Shown in pieces: positions 37,655 through 49,810 of a stretch of 64,000 nt of DNA (positions are counted from its first letter, which is position 1; the number at the start of each line of letters is the position of its first letter). This DNA is from an uncultured Aliarcobacter sp. (GTDB taxonomy: Bacteria > Campylobacterota > Campylobacteria > Campylobacterales > Arcobacteraceae). Position numbers and translations under genes: made by a program. The stretch spans positions 448,001 to 512,000 of the forward strand of contig CAXXLV010000002.1 of assembly GCA_963664305.2 (NCBI GenBank), written 5' to 3'. The notes under the pieces are model-generated. The model worked only from the letters and a program-made list of their open reading frames with translations. It was not told the DNA's origin and did not search any database.

Positions 37655-39250
37655 ATGGTTCAAACTGTCAATCTAAAAAAAGCTTTTGGTCCAAGAGTTT
37701 TATTTCAAGATATAAATTTAAAATTAGATACAGGGAAAAGATATGGGCTTATTGGTGCAAATGGTGCTGGTAAGACAACTTTCTTAAAAATATTATCTGG
37801 TCAAGAAGAAGCAACTGAGGGTGAAGTACAAGTTCAAAATGGTAAAAAAGTTGGAGTATTATCACAAAACCAATTTGCATATGAAAATAACACAATTTTT
37901 GATGCAGTTCTTTTAGGAAATAAAAGATTACATGATGCTGTAAAAGAGAAAGAAGAACTTTATATGAGTCCTGAATTTACTGATGAAGTAAATAATAGAC
38001 TTGCTGAACTTGAAATCATTTGTTGTGAAGAAGACCCAACTTATGAATACGATATTAAAATTACAAAAATATTAGAAGATTTAGGTTTCCCAGCTTCTAT
38101 GCACCAAGATTTAATGAGTACATTAACAGGTGGAGATAAATTTAAAGTTTTATTAGCTCAAGTTTTATATCCAAAACCAGATGTTCTATTTTTAGATGAG
38201 CCTACAAATAACCTTGATATTGAAACAATTGGTTGGTTAGAAAACCAACTTCAACATCATGAAGGAACAATGGTTGTTATTTCTCATGATAGACACTTTT
38301 TAAATGCAGTTTGTACACATATTTTAGATGTTGACTTTAAACAAATTAGAGAGTTTGCTGGAAACTATGATGATTGGTATATCGCATCAACTTTAATTGC
38401 AAAACAAAATGAAAAAGATGTTAATAAAAAATTAAAAGAAAAAGAAGAACTTGAGAAGTTTATCGCTAGATTTAGTGCAAATGCTTCTAAAGCAAAACAA
38501 GCAACATCTAGACAAAAACAACTTGAAAAACTTGATGTTGGTGCAATTCAAGTATCAAGTAGAAGAGATCCATCAATTATTTTTAGACAAAAAAGAGAAG
38601 TAGGAAAAGAGTTATTAACTGTTAAAAATATCTCTAAATCTTATGATGACCATGTTGTATTAAATGATGTTTCATTTACAGTTGAAAAAGGTGATAAAAT
38701 AGCTCTTATTGGTACAAATGGTATTGGAAAAACTACTTTATGTGAAATTTTAGAAGGTAATTTAAAACCAGATTCTGGAGAAGTTTTATGGGGAGCAACT
38801 ATTCAAAACTCATATTTCCCACAAAATGCGACTGATATTATCAAAGGTGATATGACTTTATATGATTGGTTAAGAAGTTTTGATAGAGATGCTGATATTT
38901 CTGAAATTAGAAATTGTTTAGGAAGAATGTTATTTAACGGTCAAGAGCAAGAGAAAAAAGTTGATTCTTGTTCAGGGGGAGAAAAACATAGAATGATGCT
39001 TTCTAAAATCATGTTAGAGCAAGGGAATTTCTTAGTTTTAGATGAACCAACAAACCACTTAGACTTAGAGGCTATTATTGCTTTAGGTGAGGGATTAAAT
39101 GATTATGCAGGTTCTGTAATTTGTGTATCTCACGATAGGGAATTATTAGATGCTTATGCAAATAGAATTATTGAAATTCAACCAGGTGGAACAATAATTG
39201 ATTTTAAAGGTACTTATGAAGAGTACATTGAATCTAAAGAACAAGCGTAA
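37655..39250 (+). CDS. ABC-F family ATPase (YbiT-like)
   Basis: Two ABC domains (GANGAGKTT, GTNGIGKTT; LDEPTN twice), no TM, FIARFSANASKAKQATSR linker. Confidence 0.93.
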   Translation: MVQTVNLKKAFGPRVLFQDINLKLDTGKRYGLIGANGAGKTTFLKILSGQEEATEGEVQVQNGKKVGVLSQNQFAYENNTIFDAVLLGNKRLHDAVKEKEELYMSPEFTDEVNNRLAELEIICCEEDPTYEYDIKITKILEDLGFPASMHQDLMSTLTGGDKFKVLLAQVLYPKPDVLFLDEPTNNLDIETIGWLENQLQHHEGTMVVISHDRHFLNAVCTHILDVDFKQIREFAGNYDDWYIASTLIAKQNEKDVNKKLKEKEELEKFIARFSANASKAKQATSRQKQLEKLDVGAIQVSSRRDPSIIFRQKREVGKELLTVKNISKSYDDHVVLNDVSFTVEKGDKIALIGTNGIGKTTLCEILEGNLKPDSGEVLWGATIQNSYFPQNATDIIKGDMTLYDWLRSFDRDADISEIRNCLGRMLFNGQEQEKKVDSCSGGEKHRMMLSKIMLEQGNFLVLDEPTNHLDLEAIIALGEGLNDYAGSVICVSHDRELLDAYANRIIEIQPGGTIIDFKGTYEEYIESKEQA

Positions 39251-39269
39251 GTTTGTTTTTTAGCTAAAT

Positions 39270-39305
39270 AAAAAAGGGGAAGATTTGATATCTTCCCCTT
39301 TTTTT
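39270..39305. terminator. Bidirectional intrinsic terminator
   Basis: AAAAAAGGGGAAGAT-TTGAT-ATCTTCCCCTTTTTT. Confidence 0.85.
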
Positions 39306-39321
39306 ATGGAAATAAAAGAGA

Positions 39322-39798
39322 TTATTTCGCGTGTCTTGAAGCCATTCTGATTTCTCTTCTTTGAATAGCATCATTGTATCTTCTTTTATCATCTTCTGTT
39401 ACAAGTTCTAATTTTGGAACAGGAGCTGGTTTACCATGTTCATCAACTGCAATCATAGTAAAATAACAAACATTAGTGTTTTTTATCGTATGGTCTTTGA
39501 TATCTTCTGAAATTACTTTAATTCCGATTTCCATAGATGTTCTTCCAGTATAATTAACTGAAGCATGGAAAGTAACAAGAGAACCTATTTTAATTGGGTC
39601 TTTAAATAAAACCATATCTACTGACAATGTTACTGCGTACATTCCTGTATATCTTGCTGCACATGCATATGCAACATGATCTAACATTTTTAGGATTTCT
39701 CCACCGTGAACATTCTTTCCAGAAAAGTTTGCTTTATCTGGAGTCATTAACATAGTCATTGTAAGAGACTTTTCTCTTTTTACTTCTTCACTACTCAT
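39322..39798 (-). CDS. Acyl-CoA thioesterase (hotdog fold, YciA-like)
   Basis: ANFSGKNVHGGEILKMLD, VTLSVD, VNYTGRTSMEIG. Confidence 0.92.
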   Translation of the reverse strand: MSSEEVKREKSLTMTMLMTPDKANFSGKNVHGGEILKMLDHVAYACAARYTGMYAVTLSVDMVLFKDPIKIGSLVTFHASVNYTGRTSMEIGIKVISEDIKDHTIKNTNVCYFTMIAVDEHGKPAPVPKLELVTEDDKRRYNDAIQRREIRMASRHAK

Positions 39799-39932
39799 TT
39801 TTTAACCTTATGTTATAATTATTGATATATTTGGTATTATAAAATAAAAACGTGCCATAACCGTAGCAATTTGATAAAATAGTTGTATAGATTATGAAAA
39901 TATATAAAAAAGTAACATTTTAATTTTAGTTC

Positions 39933-42122
39933 TTAATCTTTATATCTATTTCTAATTTCAATAAATAAATTCTTATTTTCTAAAAATAAATCAACAAGAT
40001 ATGGGTCAAACTGTTTAGCTTTTTCATTTTCAAGCAGTTCAAAGATTTTTTTATCTTCCCATGCTTTTTTATAACATCTATCACTTCCTAAAGCATCAAA
40101 AACGTCTGCAATTGCAGTAATTCTTCCATAAATATGAATTTCTTCACCTTTTAATCCAAAAGGATAACCAGAACCATCATATTTTTCATGATGTTCTTTT
40201 GCAACAATCGCTGCTGTTTTTAAAATATCTCTATTTGAATCTTTTAAAATGTTATAACCTATCATTGAGTGTTCTTTCATAAACTCAAATTCATCTTCTG
40301 TCAACTTTCCAGGTTTTTTCAAAATAGAGTCAGGAATACCAACTTTTCCAATATCATGCATAGGTGAAGCTATTAATAAATTATTTGCCTCATTTTCATC
40401 TACTCCATAAAGTAGGGCTAGAAGTTTTGAGTATTCAGCAACTCTTTTTACGTGATTTCCTGTCTCTTTACTTCTTGTTTCACCAATTTCACCCATTTTA
40501 TAGATAATCTCTTTTTGAGTTGATTGAATTTCTTCATTTAGATTAAATAGTTCTGTTAAATCATTTATAATCCACATATATTCTATTGTGAAGTTATTAT
40601 CATCTTTTATTGGAACAATAGTGATATTTATCCAATAATTATCTCCATTTTTTGATTTATTATTTAAAATTTTGTTGAATATTCTTTTGTCATCAATTAA
40701 TAGTTCTAGGTCTTCAAATAAAGGGTCTTTTATATCTTTATGTTTAAATATTTTATAATCAGCACCAATTAACTCTTCTTTTGAATATTTAGTAAGTTCA
40801 ATAAATTTGTCATTTACATAAATAATCTCTCCAAAATTATTTGTTCTTAACAAAATACTACTTATATCTATAGCTTTTTCATACTCTCTTGCAAGTTTTA
40901 TTGAATGATTAAGATTTTCTTCTGAACCTTTTAATTTAAGTTTAAAGTACTCTTTAGCTTCTTCTTGTTCAGTTATGTCATTTCTTAGAGCTATAAACTC
41001 TTCAATATTTCCATTTTTATCAATGATTGGTTTTATAAAGGCTTCAACCCAATAATATGAACCATCTTTTTTCTTGTTCTTTATTTTCCCTTTCCAAATA
41101 GTTTTTTTATTTTTTATGGTGTCCCAAATTTCTTCAAAAACTTCTTTAGGTGTATCAGGATGTCTAACTATATTATGACTTTTTCCGATTAGTTCTTCTT
41201 TTTTATAACCAGATAATAAACAAAACTGTTTATTTACATAAGTTATGATTCCTTTATCATTTGTTTTTGAAACAATAGAACTTTCATCTACAGCATCTTT
41301 ATACTCTTGTAACAACAATGATGAGTGATTTGATTCTTTTTGTTTTTTTCTATTGTAAATCCACAAATCAATTTTTAAGTATAGTTCTTCAATTATAAAA
41401 GGTTTTTTTATAACATCAACTGCACCTAGTCTATAAGCTTCTCTAATAATTGAGATATCTCTTGTTTTACTGATGATTAGAGGAATTTGTAATTCTTTAA
41501 TCAAATTACTATTTTTTTCCATAAAATCTATAACATCAAATCTTTTTGAATTTGCATTTACAATTATTAAATCAATATTGTTCAAATCAAGAGTAGTAAA
41601 AGCCTCATTTGGATTAGAAGATAAAATTGTATTAAAATTTCTTTTTTCAAGTAGTTTTTTTAATTTTTGTTGAGAACTTAAAATATCATCAACTAAAAGA
41701 ATTGTTTCTTCTTTGTTGTTCTCAAGTTTTTCAATATTTTCTATTATAGATTTTGTTTTTTTATCTAAAAATGTATCTTTAACAATAAAATCTATTACCC
41801 CATTTTTCAAATAAAACTCTTTTTCTTCTTTATTTGAATTTATAGATAAAATAAAAATCTTTATAGAACTATCTTTTAATTCATCAAATAACTCTTTTGC
41901 ATCATTATCTGGAAGATTTATATCTAGTATTAAATAGTTAATGTCTTCTTTTTTTATTATTTGTTTTGCACCATTTAAAGTATTTGCATTAAATGTAATA
42001 TAACCATTTTTATTAAATTCTTTAGTCAATAATTCATTTATATTTTTTGAATTATCTACTATTAAAATGTTACATTTAAATTTACTAAAAATTAAACTTT
42101 TCTCTATTTTCATTATTTTCAC
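39933..42122 (-). CDS. REC-REC-PAS-PAS-HD-GYP c-di-GMP phosphodiesterase
   Basis: Two receiver-like domains; two PAS; ETGNHVKRV, MHDIGK, HHEKYDGSGYP, ADVFDAL. Confidence 0.92.
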   Translation of the reverse strand: MKIMKIEKSLIFSKFKCNILIVDNSKNINELLTKEFNKNGYITFNANTLNGAKQIIKKEDINYLILDINLPDNDAKELFDELKDSSIKIFILSINSNKEEKEFYLKNGVIDFIVKDTFLDKKTKSIIENIEKLENNKEETILLVDDILSSQQKLKKLLEKRNFNTILSSNPNEAFTTLDLNNIDLIIVNANSKRFDVIDFMEKNSNLIKELQIPLIISKTRDISIIREAYRLGAVDVIKKPFIIEELYLKIDLWIYNRKKQKESNHSSLLLQEYKDAVDESSIVSKTNDKGIITYVNKQFCLLSGYKKEELIGKSHNIVRHPDTPKEVFEEIWDTIKNKKTIWKGKIKNKKKDGSYYWVEAFIKPIIDKNGNIEEFIALRNDITEQEEAKEYFKLKLKGSEENLNHSIKLAREYEKAIDISSILLRTNNFGEIIYVNDKFIELTKYSKEELIGADYKIFKHKDIKDPLFEDLELLIDDKRIFNKILNNKSKNGDNYWINITIVPIKDDNNFTIEYMWIINDLTELFNLNEEIQSTQKEIIYKMGEIGETRSKETGNHVKRVAEYSKLLALLYGVDENEANNLLIASPMHDIGKVGIPDSILKKPGKLTEDEFEFMKEHSMIGYNILKDSNRDILKTAAIVAKEHHEKYDGSGYPFGLKGEEIHIYGRITAIADVFDALGSDRCYKKAWEDKKIFELLENEKAKQFDPYLVDLFLENKNLFIEIRNRYKD

Positions 42123-42313
42123 TTATTAAATAATATAAAAATTATTTTTTATAAATTAAAGATTAATAATATAAAAAATAATTTATTTATATGCTATATT
42201 ATCGCATTTTCTAAGTCTAACATAAAATTATAATTTTATTATGTAAGAAATTGGTTGAAATATTTACAATTTTCGTTCCTTTTAATAGAAATTTATTATA
42301 TAAAATTAATAAA

Positions 42314-42342
42314 ATGATATTTTTGTAATACTTTTTTATAAT
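42314..42342 (+). promoter_or_regulatory. Direct-repeat box (copy of the 18280 motif) plus TATAAT
   Basis: ATGATAT-TTTT-GTAATAC followed by TATAAT, upstream of the REC-HK gene. Confidence 0.45.
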
Positions 42343-42396
42343 ATAATAAACTTATATTCAAAGATAATAAGTTCTAAATTAGAAAATGGGAATAAG

Positions 42397-43506
42397 ATGG
42401 AAAAATTTAATATTTTAATTGTTGATGACATAGAAGAAAACATTTATTCTTTAAAACTAATAATTGAAGAAAGTTTTGATGTAAATATTTTTACTGCATT
42501 AAGTGCTAAAGAAGCTATTAAAGTACTAGTAGAAAATAAAATAGATTTAATTTTAACAGATATTCAAATGCCAGATATTGATGGATTTGAATTTGCACAG
42601 TATATTAAAGGCGTAGATTCAATTAAACATATACCAATAATCTTTATTACAGGAATTTACGATAAAGATGAGTATAAAAATAAAGGATATGAAGTTGGTG
42701 GTGTTGAATATATTACTAAACCAATAGATAAACATCTTTTAACATCAAAATTAAAAATATATATTGATATTTATAATAAAATAAAAATAACAACTGAAAA
42801 ATTAAATGAAACACAAGATTTATTAATCCAAAATAGTAGAATGGCTTCAGTGGGTGAAATGATAGGTCTTATTTCACATCAATTAAAACAACCATTAAAT
42901 GTTTTATCTTTATATTGTGATGAAATGAATATGAATTATGATTTTAATGAACTCAATGAAGAATATATGAAACGTTTTTCTGATAATACAAAAAATCAAA
43001 TTAACTATATGGATAGAACAATAAATAGTTTTTTAAATTTCTTTAAACCAAATAAAATGAAAGATAATTTTTTACTTAAAGATTGTATTGTAAAAACTGA
43101 AGAGATGTTAAAAAATAAAATAAAACTATATAGTGCAAATATAAATGTAAATATTAATGAAAAGTTAGAAATTTTCGGCGTTGAAACAGAACTATTACAA
43201 GTAATAATTAATATTGTAAATAACTCTTTAGATGTAATTAAAGAAAGAGACATTAAAAAGCCAGAAATATTTATAAATTCATATGAAGAAGATAATAAAA
43301 TAGTTTTAGTTTTAGAAGATAATGCAGGTGGAGTAGATAAAGAAAATTTAGACAGAATATTAGAACCTTATTTTACAACAAAAGAGAATGGAACAGGAAT
43401 AGGTTTATATTTAGTTAAAGTAATAATTGAAGATAGTTTTCAAGGAAAATTAGAAGTAGTAAACGGAGAAAAAGGATTGAAATTTACAATAACCCTTGAA
43501 AATTAA
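42397..43506 (+). CDS. Hybrid receiver-histidine kinase (cytoplasmic)
   Basis: ILIVDD...LTDIQMP...ITKP; ISHQLKQPL; DNAGG; PYFTTK; GTGIGL. Confidence 0.92.
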   Translation: MEKFNILIVDDIEENIYSLKLIIEESFDVNIFTALSAKEAIKVLVENKIDLILTDIQMPDIDGFEFAQYIKGVDSIKHIPIIFITGIYDKDEYKNKGYEVGGVEYITKPIDKHLLTSKLKIYIDIYNKIKITTEKLNETQDLLIQNSRMASVGEMIGLISHQLKQPLNVLSLYCDEMNMNYDFNELNEEYMKRFSDNTKNQINYMDRTINSFLNFFKPNKMKDNFLLKDCIVKTEEMLKNKIKLYSANINVNINEKLEIFGVETELLQVIINIVNNSLDVIKERDIKKPEIFINSYEEDNKIVLVLEDNAGGVDKENLDRILEPYFTTKENGTGIGLYLVKVIIEDSFQGKLEVVNGEKGLKFTITLEN

Positions 43507-43507
43507 A

Positions 43508-43540
43508 AAATAAATGATAGGGTTTTTCTATCATTTATTT
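43508..43540. terminator. Bidirectional intrinsic terminator
   Basis: AAATAAATGATAG-N7-CTATCATTTATTT between convergent genes. Confidence 0.7.
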
Positions 43541-46052
43541 ATAAACTATTCATATCTTCATTTGAAATTGGGAGTTTAAAATATTTCTCAATTTTATCTT
43601 TATTTATTGAATCTAATTCATCATTTGAATACAAAATTATTAGATTGTTATTTAGTTTTTCATTTATTTGATTTTTTTCTACATCAGTTAATTTTGAAAT
43701 ATCAATTATGATTTTTGAATCTTCATTTTTATTTTTTAAATCAATTAATTTTTCTATAGAATTTGCCTGTTTTACAATATACTTTTTATTTAACACAGTA
43801 ATTAAATTTAAAAATGTAATTGGGTCATTATTTAAAATCAAAATACTATCTTTAGATTCTTTTTCAATTTTTGCATCTATATCTTCATATGAATCTATTG
43901 TTATTTTAGTTTTATTTTCTATGATGTTTTCAGTTGAATTTTCTATATCAACTTTTAGGTTTTTAGGGATTAGTAATTCAAAAGTTGTACCTTTGTTTAG
44001 TTCACTTTTTACATCAATTTTTATATCTAAAAGATTAGATAGTTCTTTAGAAATAGCTAAACCAAGTCCTGTTCCACCATATTTTCTAGTTGTACTACTA
44101 TCAATTTGTTTAAATCTTTCAAAAATTTCATTAAGATTTTCTTGGGCAATTCCAATACCATCATCTTCTATATTTATTCTAATAAAGTCATTTTCATTTT
44201 GAGCTTTTAATCTAATTTGACCTTTATTTGTAAATTTAATTGCATTACTTATAAGATTATTGATAATTTGTTTTAGTTTTTCTAAATCTGTATAAATATG
44301 TTCAATATTTTCATTTATTTCTACAATAAATTCTAAATTTTTATTTTTTGCTTGTTCATAAAATTTATCATAGATTGTTTGAATAGATTTTTTTATATCA
44401 ATTTTTTCTATAGTTAATTTTGTTTTTTTAGCATCTAATTTTGATAAATCTAAAATATCTGTTATTAAATAAATTAAATCTTTACCACATTTATTTATAA
44501 TTTTGATGTTTTTTAATTGATTTTCATCTAAAGAATTAGATTTATTTTTAACCATAATTTCACTGATAACATTTATTGAGTTTAATGGTGTTTTTAGTTC
44601 ATGACTCATATTTGCTAAGAAATCATCTTTTGCTCTATTTGCTTCTTCTGCAAAAACTTTTGCATCATATAGTTTTTTATTTTTAATATTTAACTCATTA
44701 ATCATTTCTGAAAAATTTTGGCTCAATTGAGAAATCTCTAAAATATTTGTATCAAGAACTTGTACATCAATATTTTTTTCTTTTATTTGTGAAGTTTGTT
44801 TTGATAAATCAATTATAGGTTGCGTAATTGAAAAAGAGAATTTGTTGATTTTTTTTAGTAATAAATAGAAAAATATGATATAAAAAACTAATAACAATGC
44901 AATAGCGATATAACCGATTTTATCTGATAAATTTTTTAAATCTTCTATTGATGCGAAGATATTTTTTTTATCAATTAAAACCATTAATTTCCAGTTTGTT
45001 TCATTGATATTTTGTTGTAGTGTTAGATATTCATTATTGTCGATTTTTAGTGTTGAAAGAGTTTTATTATTTTTTATTAAATCTTTAAAATGTTCTGCAA
45101 ATGGACTTTTATTTTTTAATAAATTAAACTCTTCAGGTTTTGAAATAGTTTTTAAAATGGCATCTGTGTATAAATGTTCTTTTAACTCTTTTAATCCTAG
45201 CAATTCTTCGATTTTTTCAGGCATTGCTAAAATCATACCATCTTTATCAACCATGAACAAATTAGCATTATATGGAAGTTTTCTATTTAAAATATTTTTA
45301 ACAAAACTATCAATAGTGATATCTAATCCAGTAACTCCTTCTAAGAATTCATTGTTATATATTGGAACTATACATGATAACATCCAACCATTTCCAGCAG
45401 GGTCAAGATATGCACTTGTCCAAACAGGTTCTTTTTTAGGATTATGTTTTTTATTGGCTAAATAGTAAAAATTATAATCTTCCATATTTATATGTTCACC
45501 ATATTGTTCATAAACTTTAGGAATAAAAGGATATAAACGATTCATATTATCCCAAGAGTTAAAATATGCTGCAACAATATCCGGATTTATATCTACAATA
45601 CTTTTTAAAGATATATCCATAGCTTCTGTAAATGTTGCTTTATCTAGTTCTTTTTGTGTTATTGCTGTTTTAGAAGAATAATATAAACTTGCACCTATTT
45701 CATTTGTTTTATAAAAGACACCATTTTGCGCAATTGCAAATTGTGGTTTATTATTTGGTAAACCAAATCTATTAGGATTTTCAAAAATTGCTTGATGCTC
45801 ATTTTGTAAAAATACAGCAGTTTTAGAAATATCATTTAATTTTTCACTAATAAAATTAGCTTCATTTTCAAGTATTGCTTGAGAATGAGATTGAGCTTCA
45901 TCAAGCAATAGATTGATATTTTTAGAGGAAATATATGCATTTATTGAAAAGTACATTACTAATAATGCAACTTCAACAACTAAAATTGGAATTAAAGAAT
46001 ATCTAACAAAATGTTTAGATAAAAATTTTTCAAGTCGTTGTTTCTTTACCAT
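43539..46052 (-). CDS. Cache-domain sensor histidine kinase with degenerate C-terminal receiver-like domain
   Basis: Two TMs; VWTSAYLDPAGNGWM Cache motif; FLANMSHELKTPL; NAIKFT; DDGIGI; YGGTGLGL. Confidence 0.9.
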   Translation of the reverse strand: MVKKQRLEKFLSKHFVRYSLIPILVVEVALLVMYFSINAYISSKNINLLLDEAQSHSQAILENEANFISEKLNDISKTAVFLQNEHQAIFENPNRFGLPNNKPQFAIAQNGVFYKTNEIGASLYYSSKTAITQKELDKATFTEAMDISLKSIVDINPDIVAAYFNSWDNMNRLYPFIPKVYEQYGEHINMEDYNFYYLANKKHNPKKEPVWTSAYLDPAGNGWMLSCIVPIYNNEFLEGVTGLDITIDSFVKNILNRKLPYNANLFMVDKDGMILAMPEKIEELLGLKELKEHLYTDAILKTISKPEEFNLLKNKSPFAEHFKDLIKNNKTLSTLKIDNNEYLTLQQNINETNWKLMVLIDKKNIFASIEDLKNLSDKIGYIAIALLLVFYIIFFYLLLKKINKFSFSITQPIIDLSKQTSQIKEKNIDVQVLDTNILEISQLSQNFSEMINELNIKNKKLYDAKVFAEEANRAKDDFLANMSHELKTPLNSINVISEIMVKNKSNSLDENQLKNIKIINKCGKDLIYLITDILDLSKLDAKKTKLTIEKIDIKKSIQTIYDKFYEQAKNKNLEFIVEINENIEHIYTDLEKLKQIINNLISNAIKFTNKGQIRLKAQNENDFIRINIEDDGIGIAQENLNEIFERFKQIDSSTTRKYGGTGLGLAISKELSNLLDIKIDVKSELNKGTTFELLIPKNLKVDIENSTENIIENKTKITIDSYEDIDAKIEKESKDSILILNNDPITFLNLITVLNKKYIVKQANSIEKLIDLKNKNEDSKIIIDISKLTDVEKNQINEKLNNNLIILYSNDELDSINKDKIEKYFKLPISNEDMNSL

Positions 46053-46064
46053 TTATATTTCCTT

Positions 46065-48020
<1,956 letters not shown>

Positions 48021-48118
48021 TCATTAATAATTTTTATTTGAATTATACTTAATAGATTTAGTATAAAAGATAAATAAGTTATAATTTATATCTTAAAATA
48101 AAGCTATAAAGAGAGTGA

Positions 48119-48466
48119 ATGAGTTATTTAGATATTTGTATAATTGGTTGGAATTTAAATGCTTTGATGTTTGTGATAAATTTTTTAATAGCAATAAAAG
48201 TTATTTCAAATGGAGATAGAACAAAATTACAAGAAGAGAGTCAGATTTTAAAAGAGTTAAAAGATGAATTAGATAAATATTATCCATATAGAACTGCTGC
48301 CACAGTTTTTGCTTATATGGTACCATTTACTGCATTTTTTAGAATTTCTTTTCGATTAGTTGAAATGTATCTATTCTTTCAAAAAAATGAAAATGCAAAG
48401 ATGTTTGATTATATGGTATATAAATATTCTTATGATATTGAAAAGGCTAAGTATAATGAGAAATAA
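48119..48466 (+). CDS. Small membrane hypothetical protein
   Basis: 115-aa ORF with two hydrophobic segments, GAGAG RBS and a downstream terminator. Confidence 0.7.
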   Translation: MSYLDICIIGWNLNALMFVINFLIAIKVISNGDRTKLQEESQILKELKDELDKYYPYRTAATVFAYMVPFTAFFRISFRLVEMYLFFQKNENAKMFDYMVYKYSYDIEKAKYNEK

Positions 48467-48485
48467 ATAGGAAAAGTCCTATTTA
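48464..48485. terminator. Intrinsic terminator between convergent genes
   Basis: TAAATAGGA-AAAG-TCCTATTTA. Confidence 0.55.
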
Positions 48486-49771
48486 ATTTCTTGAGTTATT
48501 TTTTTTACAATTTTATAAACATTTTCAACAGATTTTATTGAAACTTGTTCTTTTTTAGAGTGGGGGAAGTTTATCGTTGGTCCTATTGAAGCTACTTTTA
48601 TATGTGGATATTTATCTTTAAATATTGCACATTCAAGTCCTGCATGAATTGCTTCAAGTGAAGCCTCTGAATTAAACTCTTTATATATTTCTAAAACTTT
48701 AGAAGTAAATTCGTTAATATCTGGTTTCCAAGCTGGATATTTTCCATTTGTTTCAACACTAAAATTATAATTTTCTAACATTTTTATTGTTTCATCTTTT
48801 AGATTTTTTAATTCAGTATTATCCATAGACCTAGCACTTAGTTCTATTTTAATTTCATCTATTCCAGTTTTTATGATTGCAAGATTTATAGAGTTTTGAA
48901 CAACTCTTAATTCATCATTCATTGCTCTTACACCATTTTGAAAATCATATATAAAATCAATAATTTTGTCATCATAAACATTTAAATGTTCAGATTTTGT
49001 ATCAATTTTTTCTATTTTCATATTTTCATGACTTGCTATTGGAGTAGATTTTGAAGCAATTATTGCTTTTACATTAACAGGAATTGAGTTGATTCTCTCA
49101 CCTCCATTTATATCTAGAAGTTTCCCATCACACTCTTTGATTGTTTTTGCAATTAGTTTTATTCCATTTGGAATATTTTTATCTATATCAACTCCACTGT
49201 GTCCACCTTGAAGTTTTCCTATCGTTATTTCATATAAATCAAGCTTATCAATATTTGGAATAATTTGTTTATTTGAATTTGTTCCAAAAATATCAACTCC
49301 ACCTGCACAACCTATACAAATTTCTCCTTCTTCTTCACTATCAAGATTTAGCATATAAGAGGCATTTAATGGTAGACTTAAATTGTTTGCTCCAATAAGT
49401 CCGATTTCTTCATCACTTGTAAATAAAAATTCTCCATCATAATTTTCACACATTAAAGCAATCATATATGAACATCCAATTCCATTATCACTTCCAAGAG
49501 TTGAATCAGTAGCTTTTAATAAATCTTCCTCTTGTAAAATTTGAGGAACACAATTATCACTTAAACAAACTATGTCATAGTGTGATTGAAAAACTAATTT
49601 TGCATTTGAGTTTTCTTTTTTACATAAAATATTATTGTATTCATCAACTAAACATAAATATCCTAACTCTTCTGATAAATCTTTCATATAATTTATAAAT
49701 GGTTCATGAGTCCCTGAACATCTAGGAATTGTTGTTATTTCTTTAAAAATATCAATTATATTATTGTCCAT
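48479..49771 (-). CDS. pepD: M20 family metallopeptidase (aminoacyl-histidine dipeptidase, PepD-like)
   Basis: IPRCSG, QSHYD, TLGSDNGIG, DEEIGL, NLDSEE, GGHSG, IHAGLEC, HSKKE. Confidence 0.88.
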   Translation of the reverse strand: MDNNIIDIFKEITTIPRCSGTHEPFINYMKDLSEELGYLCLVDEYNNILCKKENSNAKLVFQSHYDIVCLSDNCVPQILQEEDLLKATDSTLGSDNGIGCSYMIALMCENYDGEFLFTSDEEIGLIGANNLSLPLNASYMLNLDSEEEGEICIGCAGGVDIFGTNSNKQIIPNIDKLDLYEITIGKLQGGHSGVDIDKNIPNGIKLIAKTIKECDGKLLDINGGERINSIPVNVKAIIASKSTPIASHENMKIEKIDTKSEHLNVYDDKIIDFIYDFQNGVRAMNDELRVVQNSINLAIIKTGIDEIKIELSARSMDNTELKNLKDETIKMLENYNFSVETNGKYPAWKPDINEFTSKVLEIYKEFNSEASLEAIHAGLECAIFKDKYPHIKVASIGPTINFPHSKKEQVSIKSVENVYKIVKKITQEIK

Positions 49772-49810
49772 TTTTCTAAAAATCCTTTGAAATTTTTTTG
49801 TATTATATCA

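Noticed and set aside
39842..39858. TGGCACG on the minus strand resembling a sigma-54 -24 element
   Set aside because: No TTGC at the -12 position (reads TTTTTATTT); better explained as half of a direct repeat upstream of TATAAT
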